Source: Alphaproteobacteria bacterium
GTDB lineage: Bacteria; Pseudomonadota; Alphaproteobacteria; MPNO01
NCBI GenBank assembly: GCA_965202905.1
Contig: OZ241868.1
Coordinates: forward strand, 1,353,699 to 1,417,698
Direction of reading: 5' to 3'
DNA: 64,000 nt
Below are positions 1 to 9,073 of the stretch, in pieces. The notes below the pieces were generated by a model, which worked only from the letters and a program-made list of their open reading frames with translations, was not told the DNA's origin and did no database searches. The position numbers and the translations under genes were made by a program. Every line of letters starts with the position of its first letter. Position 1 is the stretch's first letter.

Positions 1-64
1 CCGCTGGTCGAGGAAGACTTCGCGTGACGCCGCTTCCGCGCCACCGGCCGGGCCGATAGGGGCC

Positions 65-1792
65 GTGCGGGCAATCCTGACCATCTTCTTTCGGGCCGAG
101 GACACGCGGCCGTGGCTGGTGCTGCTCTGCCTTGTCATCGCCGGCGCGCTGGGCAGTGTCGGCTGGGCCAGCCTGCTTCCCCTGCTCTCGCTCTCGACCG
201 GCGGGCTGGAGAACGATTCCTCGCTGCCGACCAGCCTGGTCCGCGACGGCTTCGCGGCGGTCGGCCTGGCGCCCAGCGTCGGTTCGCTGATCATCCTGGC
301 GGTCGGCAGCATCGCCTTGAAATGCGTCGTCCTGATGCTGGCGATGCGCTATGTCGGCTATACGGTCGCGACCGTCGCCACCCGGATGCGCGTCCGCCTG
401 ATGGATCAGCTCCTCCTTGCGCGCTGGAGCTATTTCACCCAGAAGCCGATCGGCCGGATCGCCAACGCGATCAGCAACGACGCCACCCGGGCCGGGGATT
501 CCTACCTCCAGGCGGCGACGTTCATCGGCAACGGCGCCCGGACCGTGGCCTATACGGCGGTGGCGGTGCTGGTTTCCTGGAAGCTCGCGCTGCTGGCGCT
601 GTGCATAGGCGGGGCGATCGCGGCCTCGCTCAGCGTGCTGGTCCGCATCACCCGCAAGGCCGGGCTGCGGCAGACCCAGCGGACATCGGAGCTGGTGACC
701 TATCTGAGCGATGCGCTGGGCAACATCAAGCCGCTGAAGGCGATGGCCCGCCAGGAGAGCTTCGCGCGGCTGAGCCAGGACAGGATCGCCAGGCTGCGCA
801 ACGCGCTCAGGCGCCAGGTGATCTCGAATCACGCGCTGAAGAATGCCCAGGAAATCCTGATCTCGATCTGCATCGGCGTCGGCTTCTATCTCGGCGTGAC
901 GATCTGGGAGGTGTCGTCTGCCGAGCTGGTGGTCATCGGGCTGTTGATGTTCCAGACCATCCTCAGCGTCGGGCGCATGCAGCAGCAGTTCCAGAAGACC
1001 CTGCTGCTGGAAAGCGCCTATCTGTCGCTGCAGGCCCTGATCGAGGAGGTCGAGGCGGCGCGCGAGCCGCTCGGCGGTATCCGCGCGGCGGTGTTCAACG
1101 AGGCCTGCCTGCTCGATGGGGTAAGCTTCGCCTACGGCGACCGGCGGGTGCTGGACGACGCCTCGATGGAGATTCCGGCACGCGGCGTGACCGTGTTGAC
1201 CGGCCCCTCGGGCGTCGGCAAGACGACGGTGAGCGACTTGGTGCTCGGGCTCTGCCGACCCGACCGCGGGCGGGTGACGCTCGACGACATGGCGCTGGAG
1301 GAGATCGACCTCGAGAGCTGGCGGGGCCAGATCGGCTACGTCCCGCAGGAGCCTGTTCTTTTGAACGACACGGTTCGCGCCAACGTCACCCTCGGCGATT
1401 CGGCAATCGGCGAGGACCGGATCTGGCGGGCGCTGGAGGCCGCCGGCGCCGAAGCGTTCGTCCGCGCGCTGGAAGACGGGCTCGGCAGCCCGGTGGGCGA
1501 GCGCGGCGCGATGCTCTCCGGCGGCCAGCGCCAGCGCATCTCGCTCGCCCGGGCGCTTGCGCGCCGGCCGCGCCTGCTGATCCTCGACGAGGGAACCGCC
1601 GGGCTCGACCCGGCGACCGAGCTCGGCATATGCGCGACGGTCGCCGGCCTGGCCGATGAGATGGCCGTCCTGGTAATAACCCACGGCGCCGTCTGGGAGG
1701 CCTACGCCAACCGCGCCTACCACTTCGAGGATGGACGGATTGAGCGCATCGACCCGTTCGCCCGCGCGCTGAAGGCTTCGTCGATCCGGTGA
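65..1792 (+). CDS. ABC transporter fused permease/ATP-binding protein (MsbA-like exporter)
   Basis: 575-aa ORF; hydrophobic N-terminal half; C-terminal Walker A GPSGVGKT, ABC signature LSGGQRQRISLARAL, Walker B LLILDE. Confidence 0.85.
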   Translation: MRAILTIFFRAEDTRPWLVLLCLVIAGALGSVGWASLLPLLSLSTGGLENDSSLPTSLVRDGFAAVGLAPSVGSLIILAVGSIALKCVVLMLAMRYVGYTVATVATRMRVRLMDQLLLARWSYFTQKPIGRIANAISNDATRAGDSYLQAATFIGNGARTVAYTAVAVLVSWKLALLALCIGGAIAASLSVLVRITRKAGLRQTQRTSELVTYLSDALGNIKPLKAMARQESFARLSQDRIARLRNALRRQVISNHALKNAQEILISICIGVGFYLGVTIWEVSSAELVVIGLLMFQTILSVGRMQQQFQKTLLLESAYLSLQALIEEVEAAREPLGGIRAAVFNEACLLDGVSFAYGDRRVLDDASMEIPARGVTVLTGPSGVGKTTVSDLVLGLCRPDRGRVTLDDMALEEIDLESWRGQIGYVPQEPVLLNDTVRANVTLGDSAIGEDRIWRALEAAGAEAFVRALEDGLGSPVGERGAMLSGGQRQRISLARALARRPRLLILDEGTAGLDPATELGICATVAGLADEMAVLVITHGAVWEAYANRAYHFEDGRIERIDPFARALKASSIR

Positions 1793-2835
1793 CCGACGCC
1801 GATGGGCCGCTGGTCTGGGGGCTGCTCGGCCGCAACGCCGGCGACAACGCGCAGGTGCGTCAGCTCGTCGAGGCGCTGGGCTACCGGTCCGCGCTCAAAA
1901 ACCTCGCCTTCAGCCGCTTGTCGCTGGCGCCGAATATCGTGCTGGGCGCCGGCCGCCTGTCGCTTGCCGGCACGGAAAGGCATGGGCTCGCACCGCCCTG
2001 GCCAGAGCTCGTCGTCTCGGCCGGGCGGCGGGCGGCGCCGGCCGCAAGATGGATCCGGACGCAGGCGGGCGGGCGGACCCGCCTGGTGCAGCTCGGCCGG
2101 CCGCAGGCTCCGCTGCGGTTCTTCGACCTGATCGTCACGACGCCGCAATACGGCCTGCCGAAGCGCGAGAACATCGTCCACAACCTGCTACCCTTCCAGC
2201 GGGCCGCGGAGGCGCCCGAAAAGCCCCTCGCCGCGTGGCGTGAGTCATTTTCGGCGCTGCCGCGGCCGTTGATCGCGCTGCTGGTCGGCGGCCCGGCGTG
2301 GCCGTTCGCTTTCGGCCCGGCCGAAGCCAAGGCGCTCGGCGAGCGCGCGGGCCGCGCGGCCGCCGAGAGCGGCGGCACACTCCTGGTCAGCACCGGTCCC
2401 AGGACCGGACCGGCGGCGACCGAGGCGTTGTCGGCAGCCCTGGCGGGCAGCTTTGCGCTCAACGACTGGCGCGACCCGAAACCGGATTTCTATCAGAGCG
2501 CGCTGCGCCTCGCCGACCGCTTCGTGGTCACCGGCGACAGCGTCTCGATGATGGCGGAGGCCGTCCGCACCGGCCAGCCGGTCGAGATCTACGATCTGCC
2601 GCGGCGGACAGGCCCGATCGCCGATCTGGCGCGCCTGGCCGAGACTCCGGCGTTCGCCGCCGCCGCACAGCTCGGTTTCGGCCTGCCGCTGCGTGATGCG
2701 GGACGGGTTCGCGACGCGCTGATCGACAGGGGCCTGGCCGCCCCGTTCGGTGCGGCCGCCCAGCCCTGCGCCGCGGTCATGGACCGGGAAATGCAGGACA
2801 CCCTGGCCCGAGTCCGCGCGCTGCTCGCCGTCTGA
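1789..2835 (+). CDS. ELM1/DUF1022-family protein (mitochondrial fission ELM1-like)
   Basis: N-terminus PLVWGLLGRNAGDNAQVRQLVEALG and LVQLGRP resemble bacterial ELM1-family proteins; start overlaps stop of upstream ABC gene (ATGA), suggesting an operon. Confidence 0.7.
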   Translation: MTDADGPLVWGLLGRNAGDNAQVRQLVEALGYRSALKNLAFSRLSLAPNIVLGAGRLSLAGTERHGLAPPWPELVVSAGRRAAPAARWIRTQAGGRTRLVQLGRPQAPLRFFDLIVTTPQYGLPKRENIVHNLLPFQRAAEAPEKPLAAWRESFSALPRPLIALLVGGPAWPFAFGPAEAKALGERAGRAAAESGGTLLVSTGPRTGPAATEALSAALAGSFALNDWRDPKPDFYQSALRLADRFVVTGDSVSMMAEAVRTGQPVEIYDLPRRTGPIADLARLAETPAFAAAAQLGFGLPLRDAGRVRDALIDRGLAAPFGAAAQPCAAVMDREMQDTLARVRALLAV

Positions 2836-3192
2836 GCCACTGAACAAGCGCGGCCCGGTCACGCCGAAAGCCGTCTTGCCGGCTTCGCCCGGCGCTGCAA
2901 CCGGCGATAGCGGCTCAACGCCGGTTCCCCGAGCGTTATGTCCGCACCGACCCCGAACGGACGCTCCGCAGCGCGCGCGAATGGCTCTTGCGCAGATCGC
3001 CGGCAACCCGTACGCGAAGATCCAACGCGTAAGGCTTTCCCATGATCCGCCCCCAGAAACGGCGAATCGCAAATCGCCCTTTATGGGATCCACATGATTC
3101 GGATTTCTCGCCAACCGCATTAAATCCGTTTTGCCCGGGCCGGCCAATCGATGCATCCTGGGCGCCACCGAGTGAGGGAGACTTGAAGCACG

Positions 3193-4578
3193 ATGCCGGA
3201 CGATGTCCCGGCGGGCGGTCGCTACGACCCGCGCGCTCACCAGATGATGACGTTCCACAATCGCGTGCCCGCCTTCCGCGAAGGCGCCGACAGCCCGCGC
3301 GCGCTGCTGGAGCGCTGCCTAACGGCGATCGGCGCGCGCGAAGACGAGATCATGGCCTGGGAGGTGATCGCGGACGACGCTGCCCGGGCCACCGCCGACG
3401 AGGCGACCGCGCGCTATGCCGCCGGCCGGCCGCTGTCGCCGGTCGACGGGCTGCCGATCGGCATCAAGGACCTGATCGAGACAGCGGACATGGCCACCGA
3501 GTTCGGCAGCGTTCTCTACGCCGGTCACCGCCCGCTCCAGGATGCGGCCTGCGTCCATGCGCTGCGCGAGGGCGGGGCGGTGATCGTCGGCAAGACCGTG
3601 ACCGTGACCTTCGGCGGCGGCGATCCGGCGCGCACGCGCAACCCGCACGACATTGCCCGGACGCCCGGCGGCTCCTCGGCCGGCGCCGCCGCCTCGGTGG
3701 GCGCAGCCACGGTGCCGGCCGGGATCGGCACCCACGCGCGCGGCTCGACCATCCGCCCGGCGAGTTTCTGCGGCGCCTTCGCGCTCAAGCCGACTTTCGG
3801 GGCAATCAACCGCCAGGGCGTCTTTTCGGCCGCCCACAGCATGGATCACCTCGGCGCCTTCGCCGGCTCGCTGTCCGATGTCTGGATCATCGCGCGCCAC
3901 ATGGCGCGGCTTGCCGGCGGGGATCCCGGCCATCCCGGGCTGTATGGCGGCGCCGCCCCGCCCGCGCCGCGCAAGCCGCAGCGACTCATCCGGCTGGACA
4001 CCGCCGGCCGGGCCGAGACCGACGAGCGCACCGCGGCGGCTTTCGAGAACGCGGTCGAGGAACTGGCCTCGGCCGGCGTCGCCGTTTTCGCGCGCGGCGA
4101 CGATCCCGCCATCGAGGCCTACGAGCGCGCGCTCGCCGAAGTCCCCGACCTGTGGCGCAACCTCTACCGGTTCGAGATGCGCTGGCCGATGCTGCAGCTT
4201 CTCGCCCGCTACCCGGAACAAATCCCGCCGCGGCTCAAGGCGGGGCTCGAAGAGGGCGCCGGCATGACCCAGGAGACCTATCGCGAGGCGCTGGTCCGGC
4301 GCGCCCACTTGCGCGCGCTGCACCGCGAACTCGCCAACCGCGCCGACGGATTCATTACCCTGTCCTCGCCCGGCCCGGGCCCGGTCGGCATGGACCAGGG
4401 CAGCGCGATCTACAACGAGGCGTCCTCGGTGCTCGGCGCACCGGCCATCTCGCTGCCGCTACTCGCCGTCGACGGCGCCCCGGTCGGCGTCCAGCTCCAG
4501 GGCCAGTTCGATGCCGACGAGGCGCTGACGGCCCGCGGCCTGTGGATCGCCGAGCATCTTCTGGGGCGGGCGGTCTAG
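3193..4578 (+). CDS. amidase (amidase-signature family)
   Basis: 461 aa; GGSSAGAAASVGAATVPAGIGTHARGSTIRPASFCG matches the amidase signature region. Confidence 0.85.
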   Translation: MPDDVPAGGRYDPRAHQMMTFHNRVPAFREGADSPRALLERCLTAIGAREDEIMAWEVIADDAARATADEATARYAAGRPLSPVDGLPIGIKDLIETADMATEFGSVLYAGHRPLQDAACVHALREGGAVIVGKTVTVTFGGGDPARTRNPHDIARTPGGSSAGAAASVGAATVPAGIGTHARGSTIRPASFCGAFALKPTFGAINRQGVFSAAHSMDHLGAFAGSLSDVWIIARHMARLAGGDPGHPGLYGGAAPPAPRKPQRLIRLDTAGRAETDERTAAAFENAVEELASAGVAVFARGDDPAIEAYERALAEVPDLWRNLYRFEMRWPMLQLLARYPEQIPPRLKAGLEEGAGMTQETYREALVRRAHLRALHRELANRADGFITLSSPGPGPVGMDQGSAIYNEASSVLGAPAISLPLLAVDGAPVGVQLQGQFDADEALTARGLWIAEHLLGRAV

Positions 4579-4706
4579 TGGATCAACCGAGACATTGAAT
4601 CCCGGCCGATGATGATCTGGCGACCAGAACGCATTCAAATGTCTCGATAAGTTGACCCATCAACAGAAAAACCAGTGGTTCGAAGCGAAAGATTCGAACC
4701 ACTAGG
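4575..4706. repeat. MITE-like repeat, copy A (CTAGTGG termini plus internal 13-bp-stem hairpin)
   Basis: ~93% identical to the reverse complement of 13894-14038; termini ctagtgg...ccactag; hairpin ctagtggttcgaa-gcgaaaga-ttcgaaccactag; overlaps stop codons of amidase (TAG 4576-4578) and the deiodinase-like gene (4702-4704). Confidence 0.8.
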
Positions 4707-5484
4707 ACATACCCGCCGCCTCCTCCTCGGTCTTGTAGTAGTTGCCGGGCACGCGGGGGGCCACATCCTGCGAGGGCGCGGCGCGGCGGTCGCCGGCGTT
4801 CTTGAGCATCACCCGGTAGTCCTCGACCGCCTGCGGGCCGGCGCGTTCGAGGCCTGCCTGGAAGCCGGCCCGGTCGCGGGTGCTCCAGGCGCTGCGCTCG
4901 GAATAGAACGGCACCCATTGTTGCTCGATGCGTCTGTCCTGGAAATCGAGCACGTTCTCGAGCGCCTCCTCGACATCGGCGGCGCCGGTCCAGGCGGATT
5001 TGTAGTGGATGAACCCGCCGCGCCCGATGATCCAGGTCATGTTCGGCAGCATGCCATAGGTGCGGTGCGCAGCGCCGACGAGGTCGTCCAGAAGCACTTG
5101 GCGCCTGAGGCCCGAATACTCGACGAAAGCCCGCGCGACGGCGCGCTTGTCCTCCATCGACGTGTGGTGGCGGTAATTCTCGCCCGGATGGGCCTCGCGG
5201 GTGTAGACGAATACCGAGCGCACGGCCCGGTCGGCGTAGCGGCTGGCGAGTGCCTCCATCGGCTCGGCCGCCATCGCGCAGAAGGGTCAGGTGAACGAGC
5301 CGAACTCGAGGATCGCAACACCCCTCCGCCACAGGGAGTTCATCTCCACCGTCTCGCCGGTCGCGAGATCCTCCAGCGGGAAGGACGGCGCGCGCATGGT
5401 CGCCTTGGGCGCGTGGGCCGCAAACGCCTCGAACTCCTCGCTGCCGCCGGCGAATACGCTGTAATTATATTGGGCCGCATCCAT
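4702..5484 (-). CDS. iodothyronine deiodinase-like thioredoxin-fold protein, candidate selenoprotein (in-frame UGA at 5287-5289)
   Basis: ORF 4702-5274 (starts at annotated M of ...PFCAMAAEP) is preceded in the same frame by TGA and then 65 codons (MDAAQYNYSV...ILEFGSFT) from ATG 5482-5484, which has an AGGAGGA Shine-Dalgarno sequence upstream; the joined sequence FGSFT-U-PFC plus downstream YTREAHP matches the deiodinase active-site region. Confidence 0.55.
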
Positions 5485-5751
5485 TGAACTCGGGTCCTCC
5501 TCTGTCTCCGACCCGTGAAATAGGGCGGTTTTTCGCGCCCGAACAGCATCGGGCGTCAAGATTTCGTGCGCCGCGGATCGCGGTATCGCTCGATCGGCGC
5601 GTCCGGATCGAGGCTGTCGCCCGGGCGCGGCCGCGCGTGAACCGGGCGAACAGCCCAGCGCCCGCGATCGTTGCCCCGCCGCCGGTCGCCGCCGGTACGG
5701 CGCGAACGGAAGATGCGCTAGACTTGGCCGATCGCGACGAGGGAGGCTCCG

Positions 5752-7143
5752 ATGACCGGCACGACGGCAATCCGCGCCCGCTGGGCTCTGACCTGGGACG
5801 GCAATGCGAGCCGCATCGAGACCGACCGGTGGATCCTCGTCGAGGGCGCCCGCATCGCCGCGGTCGCCGACGCCCGCCCGGACGGTGCCGACCGCATCAT
5901 CGACCGGCCGGACACGCTGGTCGCGCCGGGGTTGATGAACATGCACAATCATGGGATCTCGGCGCTCCTGTTCCGCGGCATCGCCGAGGATCGGACGACC
6001 GCGTCCTGGGCCTCCGATACGGTCTACGGCCTGATCATGCCGCTCCAGGGCCTCGCGATGGAGGTGCTGGACGCGGCGGAGTTGCGGGCGGTCACCGCGC
6101 TCGGCTTCCTCGCGCCGCTGAAGAGCGGGGCGACCACGGTGATGGACACTTTCCGCCTCGGCCAGGCGGTGAGCTTCGAGGTCGCAGCGGAGATGGGTTT
6201 CCGGCTCTACGGCATGCCCTACATCTTCTCGACCGAGGATTTGGCGATCGGCGCCGACGGGCTGCCGGTCTATGCCGTGCGCCAGGGCGCGCAGAGCGAT
6301 CTGGAGCGCTGCCTTGGCCTGTTCGAGGCTTATGACGGCGGGGCCGACGGGCGGCTCAGAGTCGGGTTCGGCCCGCACGGCGTCGATACCTGCGATCCCG
6401 AACTGCTGGCCGCGATCCGCGATGCGGCGCGCGAACGCGGCGCGAAGGTCACCATCCACATCTCGCAAAGCGCACCCGAGGACGAGACCGTGCGCGGGCG
6501 CTACGGTCGCTCGCCGGCCGAGCAGCTCGGCCATCTCGGCCTCCTGGGCCCGGACCTGCTCGCCGCGCATTGCGTCTATGCCAGCCGGGACGATCTCGCG
6601 CTGATCGCGCGGTCGGGGACCGCGGTGGTGAACTGCCCGGCTTCGTTCGCCCGCGGCGCGGTGTCCGCGATCTGGCAGCGGACGAGGGATTTGGGGATCA
6701 CGACCGCGATCGGGCTCGACGGGTATTCGATGGACATGGTGGGCGAGATGCGCATGGCCGCCATCGTCTCCAAGCTTGCCACCGGGCTGTCCGAAAAGGC
6801 CGCCGCCTGCGATCTGGTGAGGGCCGCGACCCTCGACAGCGCCGCCGCCCTCGGCCGGTCCGATCTCGGCCGCATCGCGCCGGGGGCGACGGCCGATCTG
6901 GCGGTCTTCGACATGTCCGGCGCGCATCTGGCGCCGGTCAGCGATCCAATCAAGACGCTGGTCTGGCACGCCAACCCGGGCGATGTGGCCGCCGTCCTGG
7001 TCGACGGCGCCATCGTTGTCGAGGACGGCCGCCACCTGCTGGTCGACGAGTCCGCAATCGTCGAGGCCGGCGCCGCCGCCGTCCGCAAAGTCTGGGCCGA
7101 GGGGCTCGAGAGGGGCCTGATCCGGGAGGGCGAGGTTCTTTAG
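5752..7143 (+). CDS. amidohydrolase-family protein (TRZ/ATZ- or SsnA-like aminohydrolase)
   Basis: 463 aa; N-terminal metal-binding motif LVAPGLMNMHNHG; overall TIM-barrel amidohydrolase-like organisation; GGGAGG Shine-Dalgarno sequence before ATG. Confidence 0.75.
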   Translation: MTGTTAIRARWALTWDGNASRIETDRWILVEGARIAAVADARPDGADRIIDRPDTLVAPGLMNMHNHGISALLFRGIAEDRTTASWASDTVYGLIMPLQGLAMEVLDAAELRAVTALGFLAPLKSGATTVMDTFRLGQAVSFEVAAEMGFRLYGMPYIFSTEDLAIGADGLPVYAVRQGAQSDLERCLGLFEAYDGGADGRLRVGFGPHGVDTCDPELLAAIRDAARERGAKVTIHISQSAPEDETVRGRYGRSPAEQLGHLGLLGPDLLAAHCVYASRDDLALIARSGTAVVNCPASFARGAVSAIWQRTRDLGITTAIGLDGYSMDMVGEMRMAAIVSKLATGLSEKAAACDLVRAATLDSAAALGRSDLGRIAPGATADLAVFDMSGAHLAPVSDPIKTLVWHANPGDVAAVLVDGAIVVEDGRHLLVDESAIVEAGAAAVRKVWAEGLERGLIREGEVL

Positions 7144-7181
7144 CGCAGGACCGGCGTCACCTCGGCAACCGCGCCGCCGGC

Positions 7182-7766
7182 TCAGCGCAGGCCGTCTTCG
7201 CCCTTGACCTCGGACACGGTCAGGCCGCCGACACGGGGGAAGGGGCGGCCGGAATCGGTCACCGCGATGGCGACCAGGATCTCGTCGGCGCGCGGGGCGT
7301 CGCACACGCGCACCTCGACGCCGTCGAAATGGCTGCGCACATAGGCCGCGTCCTTGTGGCCGAGCGGGATGTCGATCGCGCTGCCGGGGCCGCCCAGCTT
7401 CTTGACCGAGGGGACCAGCGCCGCGCCCTTCTCGACCGCCTCGCGCAGCGGCGCGCCGAGCTTGGGGTGCAGGATCGCCGCGGCATGCTCCCATTCGCCG
7501 CGCTCGCCGACGATGGCGGCCTTGCCGAAGCTCTCGGCCTGGCCGGGCTGGATGCCGAGCGCGTTCACGCACATCTCTCCCAGCATAGCGCCGAGCTCGG
7601 CGCCGATCTCCATCAGCTCGTCCAGATCCTCGACATAGCGGCCGGCAAAAGGGTTCCTGACGACGGCGATCGCCGCGGCCTTGCGGGTGGGCGGGTCGAC
7701 CGGCCGGCCCATGTCGGTCCGCGTCTCCTCGACGATCACACTGGTCTTGCGGATCTCTGCGCTCAT
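7182..7766 (-). CDS. 'amino acid synthesis' family protein (PF06684-like)
   Basis: MSAEIRKTSVIVEETRT...AAIAVVRNPFAGRYVEDL...GKAAIVGERGEWEHAAAILH...IDIPLGHKDAAYVRSHFD matches this family as I recall it; start chosen at the second Met so that it abuts the stop of the upstream Rieske gene. Confidence 0.65.
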   Translation of the reverse strand: MSAEIRKTSVIVEETRTDMGRPVDPPTRKAAAIAVVRNPFAGRYVEDLDELMEIGAELGAMLGEMCVNALGIQPGQAESFGKAAIVGERGEWEHAAAILHPKLGAPLREAVEKGAALVPSVKKLGGPGSAIDIPLGHKDAAYVRSHFDGVEVRVCDAPRADEILVAIAVTDSGRPFPRVGGLTVSEVKGEDGLR

Positions 7767-7767
7767 C

Positions 7768-8787
7768 TCAGGCCTCGGCTTCGATGCGTTGGGCAATCTT
7801 GCGGCGGAACAGCATGGCCGACGCGTCGAGGTCGAGCCCGACGCGCGGCCCGCCTTCGTAGCCGTCCTCCTCGCGCTGGATCTCCTCGAGCACCGCCTTG
7901 TCCTCGGCGAAGGCGACGCGGAACTGCTCGGAGATCGCCTCGCCCACGCTTGGATCCCCGGCGGCGAAGTTGCGCACGTGCAGCCAATAGTCGAGGCAGC
8001 TCGTCCCGGTCTCCGGCGTCATGAAGTGGCAGGAGAACAGCCGGATCGCGCTCTGCAGGTTGCCTTCGCGCGCACCCGCCCCGGCCGGCGCGGTGCCCAA
8101 ATCGATGATGGATATCGAAGGCGTGTACATCAGATAGTACTGCCAGCGATCGACCTTGCCGGGAAAATTGCCGAACGCCCGGGCGAGCCCGGACGGCTCG
8201 GAATCGAGCGTCCAGCGGTGGGTCGTCACCCCCCAGTCCCGCTCCTCGTATTCGACCGGGACGCCGACTCCATCCGGGCTGCCGAGCGTCGTCGGGTGGA
8301 CGTATTCGACGTGGCTCGGATCGCACAGGTTGTCGCACAGCAGCAGATAGTCGGCCGCGACATGCAGGGCGTCGCCGTGGGCGACACCCCAGCCCGGCTC
8401 GTGGTATTGGGGCAGGTCGTAGATCTCGCTCTCATCGGCCTTGTCGGGCTCGCCCATCCAGATCCACGCCAGACCGAGCCGATCGGCCATCGGGTAGGAT
8501 CGGACGCGGGCGTTGGGCGGGATCACCTCCTGGCCGGGCGCCTTCACGCAGGTCCCCGCGGCATCGAACACCAGCCCGTGATAGCCGCACTGGAGTGTAT
8601 CGCCGACCAGCCTGCCGCGCGACAGCGGCAGCAGCCGGTGGGGACAGCGGTCGCGCAGCGCGACCGGCGCGCCGTCCTCGGTCCGGTACATGACCACCGC
8701 CTCGCCGAGGATGGTCCGGCGCTGGAGCGACCGGTCGAGCTCACTGGACCACGCGGCGACGTACCATGCGTTACGAACGAAGGCCAT
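7768..8787 (-). CDS. Rieske [2Fe-2S] non-heme iron oxygenase, alpha-subunit-like (VanA/PobA-type)
   Basis: Rieske motif CPHRLLPLSRGRLVGDTLQCGYHG; catalytic-domain motif DNLCDPSHVEYVHP; ~339 aa, typical of single-component-type oxygenase subunits. Confidence 0.85.
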   Translation of the reverse strand: MAFVRNAWYVAAWSSELDRSLQRRTILGEAVVMYRTEDGAPVALRDRCPHRLLPLSRGRLVGDTLQCGYHGLVFDAAGTCVKAPGQEVIPPNARVRSYPMADRLGLAWIWMGEPDKADESEIYDLPQYHEPGWGVAHGDALHVAADYLLLCDNLCDPSHVEYVHPTTLGSPDGVGVPVEYEERDWGVTTHRWTLDSEPSGLARAFGNFPGKVDRWQYYLMYTPSISIIDLGTAPAGAGAREGNLQSAIRLFSCHFMTPETGTSCLDYWLHVRNFAAGDPSVGEAISEQFRVAFAEDKAVLEEIQREEDGYEGGPRVGLDLDASAMLFRRKIAQRIEAEA

Positions 8788-9073
8788 CTCGGGCTCCCCC
8801 GAATCTCGCTGTCCGTGAATGAGAACCTTACCCGATTATTCGTATGTGTACAAACAATTTTCAGTCGCAGCGGCGCGGTGCGATCCAGCGGTGCGATCCA
8901 GCGGCGCAGGCAGCGCGGCGTCATCGCGAACAGGGCCGCCCGAGCCGAACTATATCGTCGGGCCGGAGAGACGCTTCGGCAGTATAGTGCCGCGCAAGGC
9001 GGCACTGCGGAAATTTCATAACGAAGGGTTGACGACTCCGGGCGTACCCCGGGCCGTGTAAAGGAATCGCAGG

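Noticed and set aside
5287-5289. Interpreting the TGA in the deiodinase-like gene as a simple nonsense mutation (pseudogene)
   Set aside because: Kept as an alternative, but disfavoured. The stop sits exactly at the catalytic position of a conserved FGSxT-U-P motif, and both flanking segments remain open and conserved-looking, which is the pattern of Sec decoding. It cannot be settled without the rest of the genome.
5287-7572. Very long antisense or alternative-frame ORFs (for example 5287-7572(-) 761 aa, 9947-13696(-) 1249 aa, 17685-20465(+) 926 aa, 15996-17441(+), 3042-4598(+))
   Set aside because: They overlap well-supported genes on the other strand or frame, have Arg/Ala/Gly/Pro-rich low-complexity translations and no motifs. 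They are the expected open-frame artefacts of ~68% GC DNA. Only the 3' 195 nt of 5287-7572 is used, as the N-terminal part of the deiodinase-like gene.
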